Shown here piece by piece: positions 1 through 9,808 of a DNA stretch of 64,000 nt. The first letter of the stretch is position 1. Every line of letters begins with the position of its first letter. This DNA comes from an uncultured Desulfatitalea sp. (GTDB taxonomy: Bacteria; Desulfobacterota; Desulfobacteria; Desulfobacterales; Desulfosarcinaceae), in contig CAXXMB010000002.1 in NCBI GenBank assembly GCA_963668675.2, positions 2,304,001-2,368,000 on the forward strand, read 5' to 3'. The notes below the pieces were generated by a model that did no database searches, had not been told where the DNA came from, and saw only the letters and a program-made list of their open reading frames with translations. The position numbers and the translations under genes are program-made.

Positions 1-2
1 TG

Positions 3-1670
3 TTCAACGCGGAACTAAACCAATCGGAACAGTGGCAGCTGTTGACTGCAAACATCATGGAGCAAAACATGCGTATGGGAGCGCTGACCAGAGACCGCTT
101 CCTGAAGCGCGATGTGAAATGGTGTAAAAAATACAAGATCGTTGTCGAAGAGGACAATCTGCAGCAGGCCAAGGGGTATATTGAGGGGAAGATCACCGAC
201 GAGGCGTATCTTACCCTTATGAAAGCATCCTTTGACCTTCGCACCAAAGGACTGGATTATAAGGCGCTTTCGGGAATGGACAGAGCGGCTGCAGACCGTG
301 GCGCCTGGGGGATCAAGGTGTCGATTGCAATGGCCGTGTTCGTGGTCATCTGCTTCCTCACGGAGTGCATTCCATTGCCGGGGGTTGCCTTTTGCGTGGG
401 ACTGATTCTCATTTTTACCGGTGTCCTGCCTTATGAAGAGGTTGCCGGTCTTTATTGGAGCGATTCGGTATGGTTTATCATGGGCAGTCTCATGTTTGCG
501 GCGGCTTTCGTTAAAACGGGGGTGGACAAACGTGTCTGCCTGATGATGTTCAACAAACTCGCCGTTCCGAACGTGCGCTGGATCAGTCTGGTCATGTTCG
601 TGGTGATCGCGCCGGCGGCCGCCTTTGTGTCGGACCATGCGCTGGCCGCAATGTTTCTTCCCATCGGCATGCTGCTCTATGAAAACAGCCTGACCAAAGA
701 GATACCCGAGGACCCCCAGCTGGGCAAACTTCTGATGATGACCATCGTCATGGCGTGCAATATCGGTGGACCGGGAGCCCCTTCGGGCGGCGCCCGAAAC
801 GTCATCATGGTGGGATATCTGAGGGATATGTTCGGATACGACATCGGCTTTTTTCAATGGGTCACCTATTGCTTTCCCTTCGTCGTCGTCATGATCCCGG
901 TGGCCTGGATTTTGATCAACTGGTTGTTCAAGCCCCGCGTCCACTCCCTGGCACCGGCTATGGATCATCTGAGAAATGAGATCGTTCGAATGGGGAGATG
1001 GAACGCCAAACAGATATGGGCGCTCATCATCTTCGTCGCGATGCTGTTTCTCTGGTTTACTGAAAAGGATCTCTACGAAGCGGGTATCCTGCCCATACGG
1101 ATGGGGGTTGGCGTGGTCGCGGTCGGCGGCGCCATTGCCTATTTGCTGGCCGGCGTGGTGAACTGGAGGGACTACCAGCAGAAGGTGGACTGGGGCGTCG
1201 TCTGGCTCTATGCGGGCGCCATCATTTTCGGGCGCACACTGGACAGTACGGGGGCTGCCTACTGGCTTGCCCGAACGGCCACCGACGCGCTGGCACCTTT
1301 GGGGATGGACTCCGGATTGCCCCTGCTGGCCGTCAGTAACGGTTTGACGGCCGTGGTCACCAACCTGATGGCCGATGGGCCTGCGGCCGCGGCCATAGGT
1401 CCGGTTACGCTGAACATTGCCGCGCTCGTTCATCCAGGATCGACCTTTTTGCCTTTCATGGCGATGTCAACCGCCATCGCCTCATCTTTTGCTTACTGTT
1501 TGATCATTGGCACCCCGCCCAACGCCATCATTTACTCCAGCGGATACGTTACCGCAAAAGACTTCTTGCGAATGGGTGTGACACTTTGGGTTGCATCCCA
1601 AATCGTACTGCTGGCGCTCAATGCCTTATATTGGCAGTTTAGAGGATTCGGTGGTTTGCCGGGTTTTTAG
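3..1670 (+). CDS. DASS/SLC13 family anion (sulfate/dicarboxylate) permease, 5'-truncated by the window edge
   Basis: Frame is open from position 3. Many TM segments with DASS motifs (AAFVSDHA, NIGGPGAPSGGARN, SSFAYCLIIGTPPNAIIY), preceded by a soluble N-terminal extension. Confidence 0.9.
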   Translation, partial: FNAELNQSEQWQLLTANIMEQNMRMGALTRDRFLKRDVKWCKKYKIVVEEDNLQQAKGYIEGKITDEAYLTLMKASFDLRTKGLDYKALSGMDRAAADRGAWGIKVSIAMAVFVVICFLTECIPLPGVAFCVGLILIFTGVLPYEEVAGLYWSDSVWFIMGSLMFAAAFVKTGVDKRVCLMMFNKLAVPNVRWISLVMFVVIAPAAAFVSDHALAAMFLPIGMLLYENSLTKEIPEDPQLGKLLMMTIVMACNIGGPGAPSGGARNVIMVGYLRDMFGYDIGFFQWVTYCFPFVVVMIPVAWILINWLFKPRVHSLAPAMDHLRNEIVRMGRWNAKQIWALIIFVAMLFLWFTEKDLYEAGILPIRMGVGVVAVGGAIAYLLAGVVNWRDYQQKVDWGVVWLYAGAIIFGRTLDSTGAAYWLARTATDALAPLGMDSGLPLLAVSNGLTAVVTNLMADGPAAAAIGPVTLNIAALVHPGSTFLPFMAMSTAIASSFAYCLIIGTPPNAIIYSSGYVTAKDFLRMGVTLWVASQIVLLALNALYWQFRGFGGLPGF

Positions 1671-1700
1671 ACGGCTGGAAATGAGAAAGGACAAACCGTG

Positions 1701-1859
1701 ATGGAATCAGAAAAGAAAAGAGAAGAGAAAAAAGAAAAGAAGATCCTTTTTCAGGATGGAAAGATTTACTTCAGCCGCTCCAGTGAACGTTTGTTTTTCT
1801 TGATCATGACGGTTCTTATGGCGGCCATCGGGCTCATTTTTGACGGCCCCTTCATATGA
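1701..1859 (+). CDS. 52-aa single-TM membrane microprotein
   Basis: MESEKKREEKKEKKILFQDGKIYFSRSSERLFFLIMTVLMAAIGLIFDGPFI*. GAAAGGA RBS upstream; its stop overlaps the next start (ATGA, 1856-1859). Too short for the ORF track. Confidence 0.75.
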   Translation: MESEKKREEKKEKKILFQDGKIYFSRSSERLFFLIMTVLMAAIGLIFDGPFI

Positions 1860-2383
1860 AAGCGTTGAATATGAAGATTGCCACTTCCGGCATCGCCTCC
1901 CTGGGCAAAAGCAGCGGCGCGCTTTTAACAGCACCCGGGCGCTTTTTCAGCCATGAAGATAAAAGCGCTCGCTGGTTGCATGCATTGTTGCTGTTGACGC
2001 TGTCATCCCTGCTCGCTTCCGGGGCCTCCCAGTTGTTCAAACCGCCGGAGGCATCATGGCTCAATGCCGGCCTTTTTGTCTTCAATGCCATTGGAATTGT
2101 CCTGATTTCAACCCTGTTTGGATTTTTGATCCTAAGGATCATTCCTGCAGTGTCGATGTCATTTGGGCGTGTGTTCAGCATCTATGCCTTTGCCGGAAGT
2201 CTGCCCATACTCATCTCCTGGATTCCAGGCGCAATTTTGTTAACGGAGGCATGGAAATGGTGGCTGATCGGCATAGGTTTGAACCGTGGTGGACTGCTGT
2301 GGTGGCAAGTCGCTGCCGTCATCGTCGGCTCTTTTGCTCTGACGATGCTCTTTTTGTCTTTGTTGATTTTGCTGTCACGATAG
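1856..2383 (+). CDS. Yip1-family membrane protein
   Basis: LLTAPGRFF start, about 5 TM helices, FGRVFSIYAFAGSLP-ISWIP pattern typical of Yip1. Confidence 0.75.
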   Translation: MKALNMKIATSGIASLGKSSGALLTAPGRFFSHEDKSARWLHALLLLTLSSLLASGASQLFKPPEASWLNAGLFVFNAIGIVLISTLFGFLILRIIPAVSMSFGRVFSIYAFAGSLPILISWIPGAILLTEAWKWWLIGIGLNRGGLLWWQVAAVIVGSFALTMLFLSLLILLSR

Positions 2384-2438
2384 AGGCGTAAAACCCGATT
2401 TGACTTCTCCACGCCGTGGAGGACAGGAGGGATAGATA

Positions 2439-3341
2439 ATGGAGCAGCCGATTAAAGTGCTTATGGTGGATGATGAAAAGCAGCTTCGTGAAACAACCAA
2501 GAAAATACTAGAAAACAGGGGATTTCAAGTGACGTTGGCCGAAACCGGCGAAGAGGCGCTCGAAAAGCTGAAAGAAAAACCCCATGTCGCCATTATCGAT
2601 TACAAAATGCCCGGCATGGACGGCTATGAACTGATCGATAGAATTCATGGCCAATATCCGGATCTGCCGGTGATCATGTTGACCGGTTACGGGACATTGA
2701 CATCGGCGCGGCAGGCGTTGACCCAAGGTGCTTTTGATTTTCTCACCAAACCGTGTGACATCTCTTTGTTGTCGTCGCGCATCCGAGACGCTTATCAGCA
2801 TGGCCGGCAACACACCGTTGCCGCCGAAAGGACGGTGGGCGATGTCATGATCCCCATAGCGGAGTATACGGTGCTGCACTACAGCACCACTGTCCGCGAT
2901 GCGGTCAGTGCGTTGAAAGCGTCCTTTGCCTCCAAAATGGCCACCAGCCGCCTGATGGAGACCGGACATCGGTCGGTGCTGGTAACCGACACTGATGGTG
3001 TGCTGGTCGGGCTGGTCTCGATTCGCGGGCTTCTGAGAGCCACCATCCCCAGCTACATAACAGCCCCTAAACCGTCCATGGCGGACTCGGTGCAGTACCG
3101 GCCGGCCTTTTGGAGTGACATGTATACGCACCAGATCAGAAAAATCGCCGATCATGAAATAAAGACCGTGATGGATCCTGCACCGGCCACCATCAATGTG
3201 GCCACCACTTTGATGGAGGCCACCTATATGATGCTGGAGAAAAATGCCCGGCGATTGGCCGTGCTTTCCGAGGGGGTGTTGGCCGGGGTCATTCGCGAGC
3301 AGGATCTGTTTTTTGAAATGGAACGCATTTTAGCCACTTGA
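2439..3341 (+). CDS. Response regulator receiver fused to a CBS-domain pair
   Basis: VLMVDDE..IIDYKMPGMDG..MLTG..DFLTKP receiver motifs, then CBS repeats (VGDVM, LVGLVS, LAGVIREQDL). AGGAGG RBS. Confidence 0.9.
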   Translation: MEQPIKVLMVDDEKQLRETTKKILENRGFQVTLAETGEEALEKLKEKPHVAIIDYKMPGMDGYELIDRIHGQYPDLPVIMLTGYGTLTSARQALTQGAFDFLTKPCDISLLSSRIRDAYQHGRQHTVAAERTVGDVMIPIAEYTVLHYSTTVRDAVSALKASFASKMATSRLMETGHRSVLVTDTDGVLVGLVSIRGLLRATIPSYITAPKPSMADSVQYRPAFWSDMYTHQIRKIADHEIKTVMDPAPATINVATTLMEATYMMLEKNARRLAVLSEGVLAGVIREQDLFFEMERILAT

Positions 3342-3350
3342 AATGTGGCA

Positions 3351-3836
3351 CTATCCGGAAAGAGAGCTGAAAGCGGTTTTACCCGCCTGCAAAACCTGCA
3401 GTTGAACTTCACCGACCGGGTTTCCGTCAATATCGGCGGCGGCGGTGATCTCCTTGTACTGATCCACGGCCATTGTCGTATCGCTTCGAATGGTGATGCA
3501 CGTCCCCCCAGGGAGGCGGTCGATTGAGAAGTGGGCCCGCTTAATGCCCACCAGCCATCCGCCGCTTTGGCCTCGCTGCTCCTCGGGTTTCGCTGTTTCC
3601 GACCATCCCAGGCAGACGCCGGCGGTTTGGGCGGCCAGTTCGATCAGGACGATGGGGTTGGCGCCGTCGGCCGTCATCAGGGGCCAGTCTGGGCTTACCG
3701 TCGCCCGGGTCACGGCATGATCCTGGTCGACCGATACAATGGTGTCGATCAGACGCATGCGTTGGCGGTGGGGGATGAGTGTTTCAATGGGGGGTGTCTC
3801 TTTCATCGCTTTCATTTTCATGGGTCGCTTATGCAT
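3351..3836 (-). CDS. Hotdog-fold 3-hydroxyacyl-ACP dehydratase-like protein (ApeP/FabZ-like)
   Basis: LIPHR-RMRLID, IELAAQTAG and GWLVGIK motifs. True start may be a later ATG (3821/3815/3806). Confidence 0.8.
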   Translation of the reverse strand: MHKRPMKMKAMKETPPIETLIPHRQRMRLIDTIVSVDQDHAVTRATVSPDWPLMTADGANPIVLIELAAQTAGVCLGWSETAKPEEQRGQSGGWLVGIKRAHFSIDRLPGGTCITIRSDTTMAVDQYKEITAAADIDGNPVGEVQLQVLQAGKTAFSSLSG

Positions 3837-4004
3837 TTTTTAACGGGGCCGGCGTTGCCTCCGCTTGCTCGGTGTCTTATTGTAAAAATCGGATTTTATG
3901 TTGAAATCCTTGGTAATCCAATATATCGGAAGGGTTATACGGTAATTGGACGGTCCTGTAAAGAGGGCCCGCCATACGACAGCCGCTGCGATTGGGGTGG
4001 GGTG

Positions 4005-4430
4005 ATGAAGATAGACGATGTGCCACAAGATGACAACCGAACCTTCAAGGGCTACGGTACCAAAGCGGTCTATGCGGTGGACGAGCAGGGGCGCTACACC
4101 AAAACCGCCACGAGTGGCTGGGCGGTGGAGGAAGTGGTGCTGCGGGATGTGCTCGACGATTTCGATGCCCTGGCCGTGGATGCAAAAAACCGCGCCCTTA
4201 GGGGGGAGGCCTCACCCATTGCATTTTTCCTATACCGCCGTTTGATGGATCTGCCCAGTCTGGCCAGGGCCATGGGCTTGGCCAAATGGCGGGTTCGGCG
4301 CCACCTCAAAGCCAAGGTGTTTAAGCGGCTGAACACTGCCCTGCTCCAGCAATACGCCGATCTGTTTCGCATCGATCTGACTGCGCTGACGCACTTCAAG
4401 GAGACCACGGATATTGAACCTGATCACTAA
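4005..4430 (+). CDS. Conserved hypothetical protein of the type seen beside BtrH-like genes in flexirubin/aryl-polyene clusters
   Basis: MKIDDVPQDD..KAVYAVDEQGRY..SGW..SPI..MD..LA..GL..WRVRRHLK. Start set at ATG 4005; the longer track ORF overlaps the opposite-strand gene. Confidence 0.75.
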   Translation: MKIDDVPQDDNRTFKGYGTKAVYAVDEQGRYTKTATSGWAVEEVVLRDVLDDFDALAVDAKNRALRGEASPIAFFLYRRLMDLPSLARAMGLAKWRVRRHLKAKVFKRLNTALLQQYADLFRIDLTALTHFKETTDIEPDH

Positions 4431-5418
4431 TTACCAGCACCAGCACTTCGCCCACTGTGAAAGCGGCGTCATGGCCACTCTTTTGAAGTACAGGGGCATG
4501 GAGCTTTCCGAACCGATGGTGTTCGGGCTTTCGGGCGCGCTCTGTTTCGCATTTTTGCCCTTTATGAAGTTTGGCAACATGCCCCTTGTCTCATACCGTA
4601 TGTTCCCCGGCCATATCGTCAAGGCGCTTCCCAAACGGATGGGCATCTCCTACCTTCGCAAGCGTTACAAGAATCCCGACCAGGCCATGCAGGAGCTGGA
4701 CGACTATCTGGAGAAGGAGCAGTTGGTCGGGCTTCAGACATCGGCCTACCACACGACCTACTTCCCACCGGAGATGCGCTTCCAGTTCAACGCCCACAAC
4801 ATCATCATCGTGGGCAAGGAGGGGGATGAGTACCTGGTCAGCGATCCGGTGTTCGACAGCATCCAGCGCATCCAGGCGGTCGACCTGAAGCTGGCCCGCT
4901 TCGCCAAAGGGCTCAGCGCGCCCCGGGGATTGGCCCACTATCCGCTGGAGGTGCCTGACCCGGAGCAGGTGGATCGGGTGAAACTGATCAAGACGGCGAT
5001 CAAAAAGACCGTGAACATGATGCTCTACGCGCCAGTGCCGTGGATCGGCATCAAGGGAATCAACTACCTGGCCAGGCGCGTGGCGAAGCTCTCCTCCAGG
5101 GGGGATGCGCGCTACACAAGGCTCTTTTTAGGCAACGTCGTGCGCATGCAGGAGGAGATCGGTACCGGCGGCGGCGGCTTTCGTTTCATGTATGCTTCAT
5201 TTCTGCAGGAGGCCTTCCAGGAGACCGGCTGGCAGGTGCTTCAGGAGGCTTCGGAGCGCATGACGGCGGTCGGAGATGCATGGCGGGGATTTGCCCTGGC
5301 GTGCGCCCAGATGGTAAAAAAGAGCAGCAGTGCCGAGCCGGCTGAAATTGCACCGCTGTTGAGGCAGTGTGGCGAAAATGAACGGCAGCTTTACAAGTTG
5401 CTGAAAAGTGCCGTATAA
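4414..5418 (+). CDS. BtrH-like papain/C39-fold protein (acyl-ACP acyltransferase-like)
   Basis: HCESG (catalytic Cys), LSEPMVFG, FNAH (His), SDP (Asp), GTGGGGFRFMYASFLQE. TTG start overlaps the upstream gene. Confidence 0.85.
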   Translation: MNLITNYQHQHFAHCESGVMATLLKYRGMELSEPMVFGLSGALCFAFLPFMKFGNMPLVSYRMFPGHIVKALPKRMGISYLRKRYKNPDQAMQELDDYLEKEQLVGLQTSAYHTTYFPPEMRFQFNAHNIIIVGKEGDEYLVSDPVFDSIQRIQAVDLKLARFAKGLSAPRGLAHYPLEVPDPEQVDRVKLIKTAIKKTVNMMLYAPVPWIGIKGINYLARRVAKLSSRGDARYTRLFLGNVVRMQEEIGTGGGGFRFMYASFLQEAFQETGWQVLQEASERMTAVGDAWRGFALACAQMVKKSSSAEPAEIAPLLRQCGENERQLYKLLKSAV

Positions 5419-5514
5419 CATCGTCAATTGGAAGCTAAGTCGGCGACTCACTGTGGTTGGCTTCACCGCAACCTCACACTCTGCTTTACACTTTAAACCC
5501 CTGGCGTTATCGGG

Positions 5515-6147
5515 ATGACACGTCCGCCTGTTCGAGTGATGGATTTGGATACCTATATTGCATGCCACGATTGCGATCTGCTTCATCGGCGGCAGACCAT
5601 GCCGACCGTCGGCGTGGCCACCTGTTCGCGCTGTGGCGCAGTGCTTTACCGCAACCGTCGCAACAGCCTGGACCGGACGCTGGCCATGGCGGTCTGCGGT
5701 GTAATTCTCTTCGTCATCGCCAACCTCTTCCCTTTCCTGACCCTGAGTTTCGAAGGGCAGGTGCAGGAGACGACCCTGGTCACCGGTATAATGGAGCTGT
5801 ATCGCCAGGGAATGACATCTCTGGCCGTGCTGGTGCTGGCGACCGGCGTTGTCTTTCCCCTGGTCGAGTTGGCCGGCCTGATCTATCTGCTGCTGCCGCT
5901 CAAATTCGATCGCAAGCCATGGGGGATGGCCGTTGTGTTTCGCGTGGTGCGGTCGCTTCAGCCGTGGGGGATGACGGAAGTATTTCTGCTGGGCATTCTG
6001 GTCTCCATCGTCAAGTTGGCCAGTATGGCTTCGGTAATTCCCGGTGTGGCCCTGTTTGCGTTTTTGGCATTGATCTTTGTGGTGGCGGCCACCGCCGCAT
6101 CATTGAATCCGGATATTGTATGGGAACGCTTGACGATCGAGACATAG
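5515..6147 (+). CDS. pqiA: Paraquat-inducible protein A (first half-size PqiA)
   Basis: CHDCD..CSRCG Zn finger, ANLFPFL, PWGMTEVFLLG. Confidence 0.9.
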   Translation: MTRPPVRVMDLDTYIACHDCDLLHRRQTMPTVGVATCSRCGAVLYRNRRNSLDRTLAMAVCGVILFVIANLFPFLTLSFEGQVQETTLVTGIMELYRQGMTSLAVLVLATGVVFPLVELAGLIYLLLPLKFDRKPWGMAVVFRVVRSLQPWGMTEVFLLGILVSIVKLASMASVIPGVALFAFLALIFVVAATAASLNPDIVWERLTIET

Positions 6148-6785
6148 AGACGGCCCTGCTGCCGTTGACGGCCGAAAAGGCGGGGATGGTCGGCTGCCAC
6201 ACGTGCGGCCTGCTCTCCCGGCGGCTCTCGGAAGAGGAGCATGCCCATTCGCTCTGCCCCCGTTGCGGTGCGCGGTTGCACCACCGCAAGCCCAACAGTC
6301 TGGCGCGCACTTGGGCACTGGTGATTGCCGCGCTGGTGCTCTACATCCCGGCCAATGCGCTGCCGGTGATGCAAACGACCTATCTTGGTAAGACGCATGC
6401 CGATACGATCCTAAGCGGCGTGTTCTACTTCGTGCGCACCGGCAGTTGGCACCTCGCGTTGATCATCTTCGTGGCCAGCGTGGTGGTGCCCGCCCTCAAG
6501 CTATTGGTGTTGACCTATCTGTTGATTTCCGTTCAGCTTCGCTCTGACCGGCACCCCCAAGAGCGCACCCGCCTCTACCGGATTACCGAGGCAATCGGCC
6601 GCTGGTCCATGGTGGATATTTATGCGGTGACCGTCATGGTGGCGCTGCTTAACCTGGGGCGCTTTGCCGATGTCGATGCCGGTCTGGGCGCCGTCTTTTT
6701 CGGGGCCGTGGTGGTGATCACCATGTTCGCGGCCAACAGTTTCGATCCGAGGTTGATCTGGGATGCAATGGAGAGGAGACCATGA
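6120..6785 (+). CDS. pqiA: Paraquat-inducible protein A (second half-size PqiA)
   Basis: CHTCG..CPRCG, YIPANALP, GRWSMVD, FDPRLIWD. Start uncertain (6120-6186). Confidence 0.88.
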   Translation: MGTLDDRDIETALLPLTAEKAGMVGCHTCGLLSRRLSEEEHAHSLCPRCGARLHHRKPNSLARTWALVIAALVLYIPANALPVMQTTYLGKTHADTILSGVFYFVRTGSWHLALIIFVASVVVPALKLLVLTYLLISVQLRSDRHPQERTRLYRITEAIGRWSMVDIYAVTVMVALLNLGRFADVDAGLGAVFFGAVVVITMFAANSFDPRLIWDAMERRP

Positions 6786-8470
6786 CAGACAGCGACCCCA
6801 ATGGCGTACCCGACCTTGAACGTGTTCCCCGGGCGGTGATTCGCCCCCCCAAGCGTTTCGGCCTGGTGTGGCTGATTCCGCTGGTGGCGGCCCTGGTCGG
6901 GGCCTGGCTGGCCGTCAAGGCTGTTACCGAATCGGGCCCCACCATCCATGTCGCTTTCAATACGGCCGAAGGGCTCGAGGCCGGAAAGACCAAAATCAAA
7001 TACAAAGATGTAGAGATCGGCAGGGTCGAATCGATCCGCCTGGGCAAAGATCTGGGCCGGGTTACCGTAACTGCCAAGATGGTAAAGGATATCGAGGATT
7101 ACCTGACCGAAAACACCCGGTTCTGGGTGGTGCGCGCCCGGGTGGCGGCTGGTCAGGTCTCCGGATTGGGTACGCTCTTTTCCGGCGCCTACATCGGCAT
7201 GGATCCCGGTCAACCGGGCAAGAAGGCCAACACCTTCGTCGGATTGGAAACGCCTCCGGCCGTCTCCATGGATACGCCGGGCGGCTACTTCAATCTCAGG
7301 GCCGATCGGCTGGGTTCCCTGGACATTGGATCTCCGGTCTACTACCGCCAGATTCGGGTGGGCCAGGTGGTCAGCTACCAGATGACCGATGACGGCTCGG
7401 CCGTGGATATCAGGATCTTTGTCAACGAGCCCCACAACGAGCGCGTTTTTGAAAATACCCGCTTTTGGGATGCCAGTGGTCTCAATGTCTCCATGGGGGC
7501 CGATGGCGTCAAGCTCAACACCGAATCGGTCATGGCGCTGCTCATCGGAGGCATCGCCTACGAAACCCCGGACAATCTCAATCCCGGCGGTATTGCCGGT
7601 GAGGATCACACCTTCGTTCTTTATAGCAACAAAGATCAAATCGACCAGCCGCAATACGGTCTGCGCTATTATGTGGTGGCCTACTTCGACGAGACCGTGC
7701 GCGGGTTGAAGAAGCGAGCGCCGGTGGAGTTCAGCGGCATTAAGGTGGGCGAGGTGGTGAGCGTGCGACTGGAGTTCGACCAGAAGGACCTCGAATTCCG
7801 TATCCCTGTCCTCATGGCCATCGAGCCGGATCGGATCGACCTTAAAAATGAGGTGGATGCCGATAGCGAGAACATGATTTCAAAATTGATCGCCAAGGGG
7901 CTGCGGGCCCAGTTGCGCACGGGATCACTTCTGACCGGGCAGCTCTTTGTTCATCTGAGCATGTTTCCCGATGCACCGCCCCAGAAGCTGGCTCAGAATG
8001 GGGCATTCCCGGTCATCCCCACGATGCCGGGCTCCACTGAAGAGATCACCGCCAGCATCGCCAAATTTGCCAGCGGCCTTGAAAAGTTGCCGGTCGAGCA
8101 GATCGGCCGAGATCTGAGCCAGAGCCTGAAGAGCATCAACGCCCTGGCCAGCTCCAAGGATCTGGCCGAAGCGATCCGTGCCCTGCGGCGCAGTTTGGAC
8201 CAGATCAGCCAATTCAGCGCGGGCCTCAACCGGGAGACCGCCCCCCAGATCCATCAGGCCCTGGGCCAGTTGAACCGGACCCTGGCCGAGGCCGAAAGGG
8301 CCATGACCGCCACCGAACACCTGGTCAGCGGTTCGGGGCCGTTGACATACGAGCTGCAGGAGTTGATGAAGGAGCTGGCCAAGGCCGCCCAGGCCATTTC
8401 GATTCTGGCCGACTACCTGGAGCGCCATCCGGAAGCGCTTGTTTTCGGGAAAGGAGATCCCCAGCCATGA
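6782..8470 (+). CDS. pqiB: Intermembrane transport protein PqiB (three MCE/MlaD domains)
   Basis: WLIPLVA TM, AEGLEAGKT, TRFWVVR, GSPVYYRQIRVG, GLRAQLRTGSLLTG, YLERHPEALVFGK. Confidence 0.95.
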   Translation: MTDSDPNGVPDLERVPRAVIRPPKRFGLVWLIPLVAALVGAWLAVKAVTESGPTIHVAFNTAEGLEAGKTKIKYKDVEIGRVESIRLGKDLGRVTVTAKMVKDIEDYLTENTRFWVVRARVAAGQVSGLGTLFSGAYIGMDPGQPGKKANTFVGLETPPAVSMDTPGGYFNLRADRLGSLDIGSPVYYRQIRVGQVVSYQMTDDGSAVDIRIFVNEPHNERVFENTRFWDASGLNVSMGADGVKLNTESVMALLIGGIAYETPDNLNPGGIAGEDHTFVLYSNKDQIDQPQYGLRYYVVAYFDETVRGLKKRAPVEFSGIKVGEVVSVRLEFDQKDLEFRIPVLMAIEPDRIDLKNEVDADSENMISKLIAKGLRAQLRTGSLLTGQLFVHLSMFPDAPPQKLAQNGAFPVIPTMPGSTEEITASIAKFASGLEKLPVEQIGRDLSQSLKSINALASSKDLAEAIRALRRSLDQISQFSAGLNRETAPQIHQALGQLNRTLAEAERAMTATEHLVSGSGPLTYELQELMKELAKAAQAISILADYLERHPEALVFGKGDPQP

Positions 8471-9069
8471 TCACGCACATCGCCCCTCGCATTCTGATGG
8501 CCCTGTTGATGATCGGGGTGGCCGCAGGCTGCTCGACCTCCTCGTCCGCCGTCAACTTCTATGCATTGACAGCCATGGATGGCGATGCGCCCGCCATAGC
8601 GGCCAATCCGGAAACGGCGCCGGCCATTGGCATCGGACGGGTGACCCTGCCCGCCTACCTGCAACGACCGCATATCGTAGTCCGAACCGCCTCCAATCAG
8701 ATGCGCATCGAAGAGTACCATCGCTGGGCAGGCTCCCTGGAGGACGACATCCAGAGGGTTCTAATTGAAAATTTGATGCAACTCACCGGCACCGAGCGGA
8801 TCGCACGGATGCCCTGGGCCGGAGACTTTCAGCCGGACGTGACGCTGCGCATGGAGATTTATCGCTTCGAAGCGGGGGCCGGGAACACGGTGCGGCTGCT
8901 GGCAGCGGTGACCTTGATCCGGCGCGGTGTTCCGATGGCGCCCGAGACCTGGACCGTCAATCTGGAGGCGTCGAGTGATGGTCGCAGTTATGCCGATCTG
9001 GTCGCTGCCCAGAGCCGGCTCCTGGCCGATGTGAGCCGTGGCATCGCCGAAAAGATAGCCCTTCACTGA
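8467..9069 (+). CDS. pqiC: PqiC-family lipoprotein
   Basis: Lipobox VAAGC, LPAYLQRP, HRWAGSL; follows pqiB with an ATGA overlap. Confidence 0.9.
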   Translation: MITHIAPRILMALLMIGVAAGCSTSSSAVNFYALTAMDGDAPAIAANPETAPAIGIGRVTLPAYLQRPHIVVRTASNQMRIEEYHRWAGSLEDDIQRVLIENLMQLTGTERIARMPWAGDFQPDVTLRMEIYRFEAGAGNTVRLLAAVTLIRRGVPMAPETWTVNLEASSDGRSYADLVAAQSRLLADVSRGIAEKIALH

Positions 9070-9096
9070 CCACTATCGCCTCCTTTCAGTGGCGTT

Positions 9097-9618
9097 TTAC
9101 TCGATACATAGCCTCTCCACATAGGCCGTCAGTTTACGACGAGGCCCCTCCTCAAGATGGGGACAGTCGGCGGCCGTTTTGGCGCCTTCGGCCACCCTGG
9201 TGGCAAAGACCAGGCAAGTGGGAGCGCCGCACTCCCTGCAGTTGGTCTTCGGAAGCAGTTTGAGGATCTCGACCAGATTGGGTTTGGGCAGCCCCTCGTA
9301 ACGGGGTTCAATCTGGTCACGCTGTGTCCAGGCGGCATTGATCTCCCGTTGGAGCCAATCGACGATCTTGCGTGCTTCGTTTTCATCCTTCAGGGTGTTT
9401 ATGGCGATTTTTCGACCGCTGACGGTTATCAGTTTTCCATGGGCCCGGAAGATGACCGATGGCGGTTCGCACACATACTCATAGCCACCGAGAACCGTAT
9501 TCAGATAGGGCAGCGCTTCGCTGACATCCTGTTCCAAATGGGCAAAGCACTGCACGCTCATGGCGCCGTGCATGCACTCGTTGTTGAATATCTCGAGACG
9601 GTATGACGTCAGAAGCAT
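9097..9618 (-). CDS. (Fe-S)-binding protein with a C-terminal putative Fe-S cluster domain
   Basis: LPKTNCRECGAPTCLVFA..CP motif. Start set at 9618, which has a GGGAG RBS. Confidence 0.85.
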   Translation of the reverse strand: MLLTSYRLEIFNNECMHGAMSVQCFAHLEQDVSEALPYLNTVLGGYEYVCEPPSVIFRAHGKLITVSGRKIAINTLKDENEARKIVDWLQREINAAWTQRDQIEPRYEGLPKPNLVEILKLLPKTNCRECGAPTCLVFATRVAEGAKTAADCPHLEEGPRRKLTAYVERLCIE

Positions 9619-9677
9619 TTTAACGCTCCCATGGTTGGATGGGTTGCCGGGATTCATTTTTTCCATTCCTTATTGAC

Positions 9678-9808
9678 GAAGGCGTCTGTTATCCCGAGTG
9701 TAGGTTTGTGCTCTCTACAACCCCTTGTATCGACTCGGATATTGACACCGATAGCACCCGTTGCCATATTTGAAGTAATACGCTTACGTTGGCAATGGGT
9801 ATGCCTTC
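9678..9808 (+). ncRNA. Candidate structured RNA element (three-way junction), family unknown
   Basis: Stems 9678-9685/9801-9808, 9687-9699/9733-9747, 9699-9704/9714-9719 and 9756-9766/9790-9800. The non-Watson-Crick pairs are G-U on the + strand. Confidence 0.3.

Noticed and set aside
3531..4004. N-terminal extension of the 299-aa track ORF
   Set aside because: It overlaps the minus-strand hotdog gene and the divergent promoter region; the plausible start is 4005.
5457..6119. N-terminal half of the 442-aa track ORF as a fused PqiA
   Set aside because: It overlaps the real first pqiA in another frame and has no PqiA features; the two halves are separate genes.
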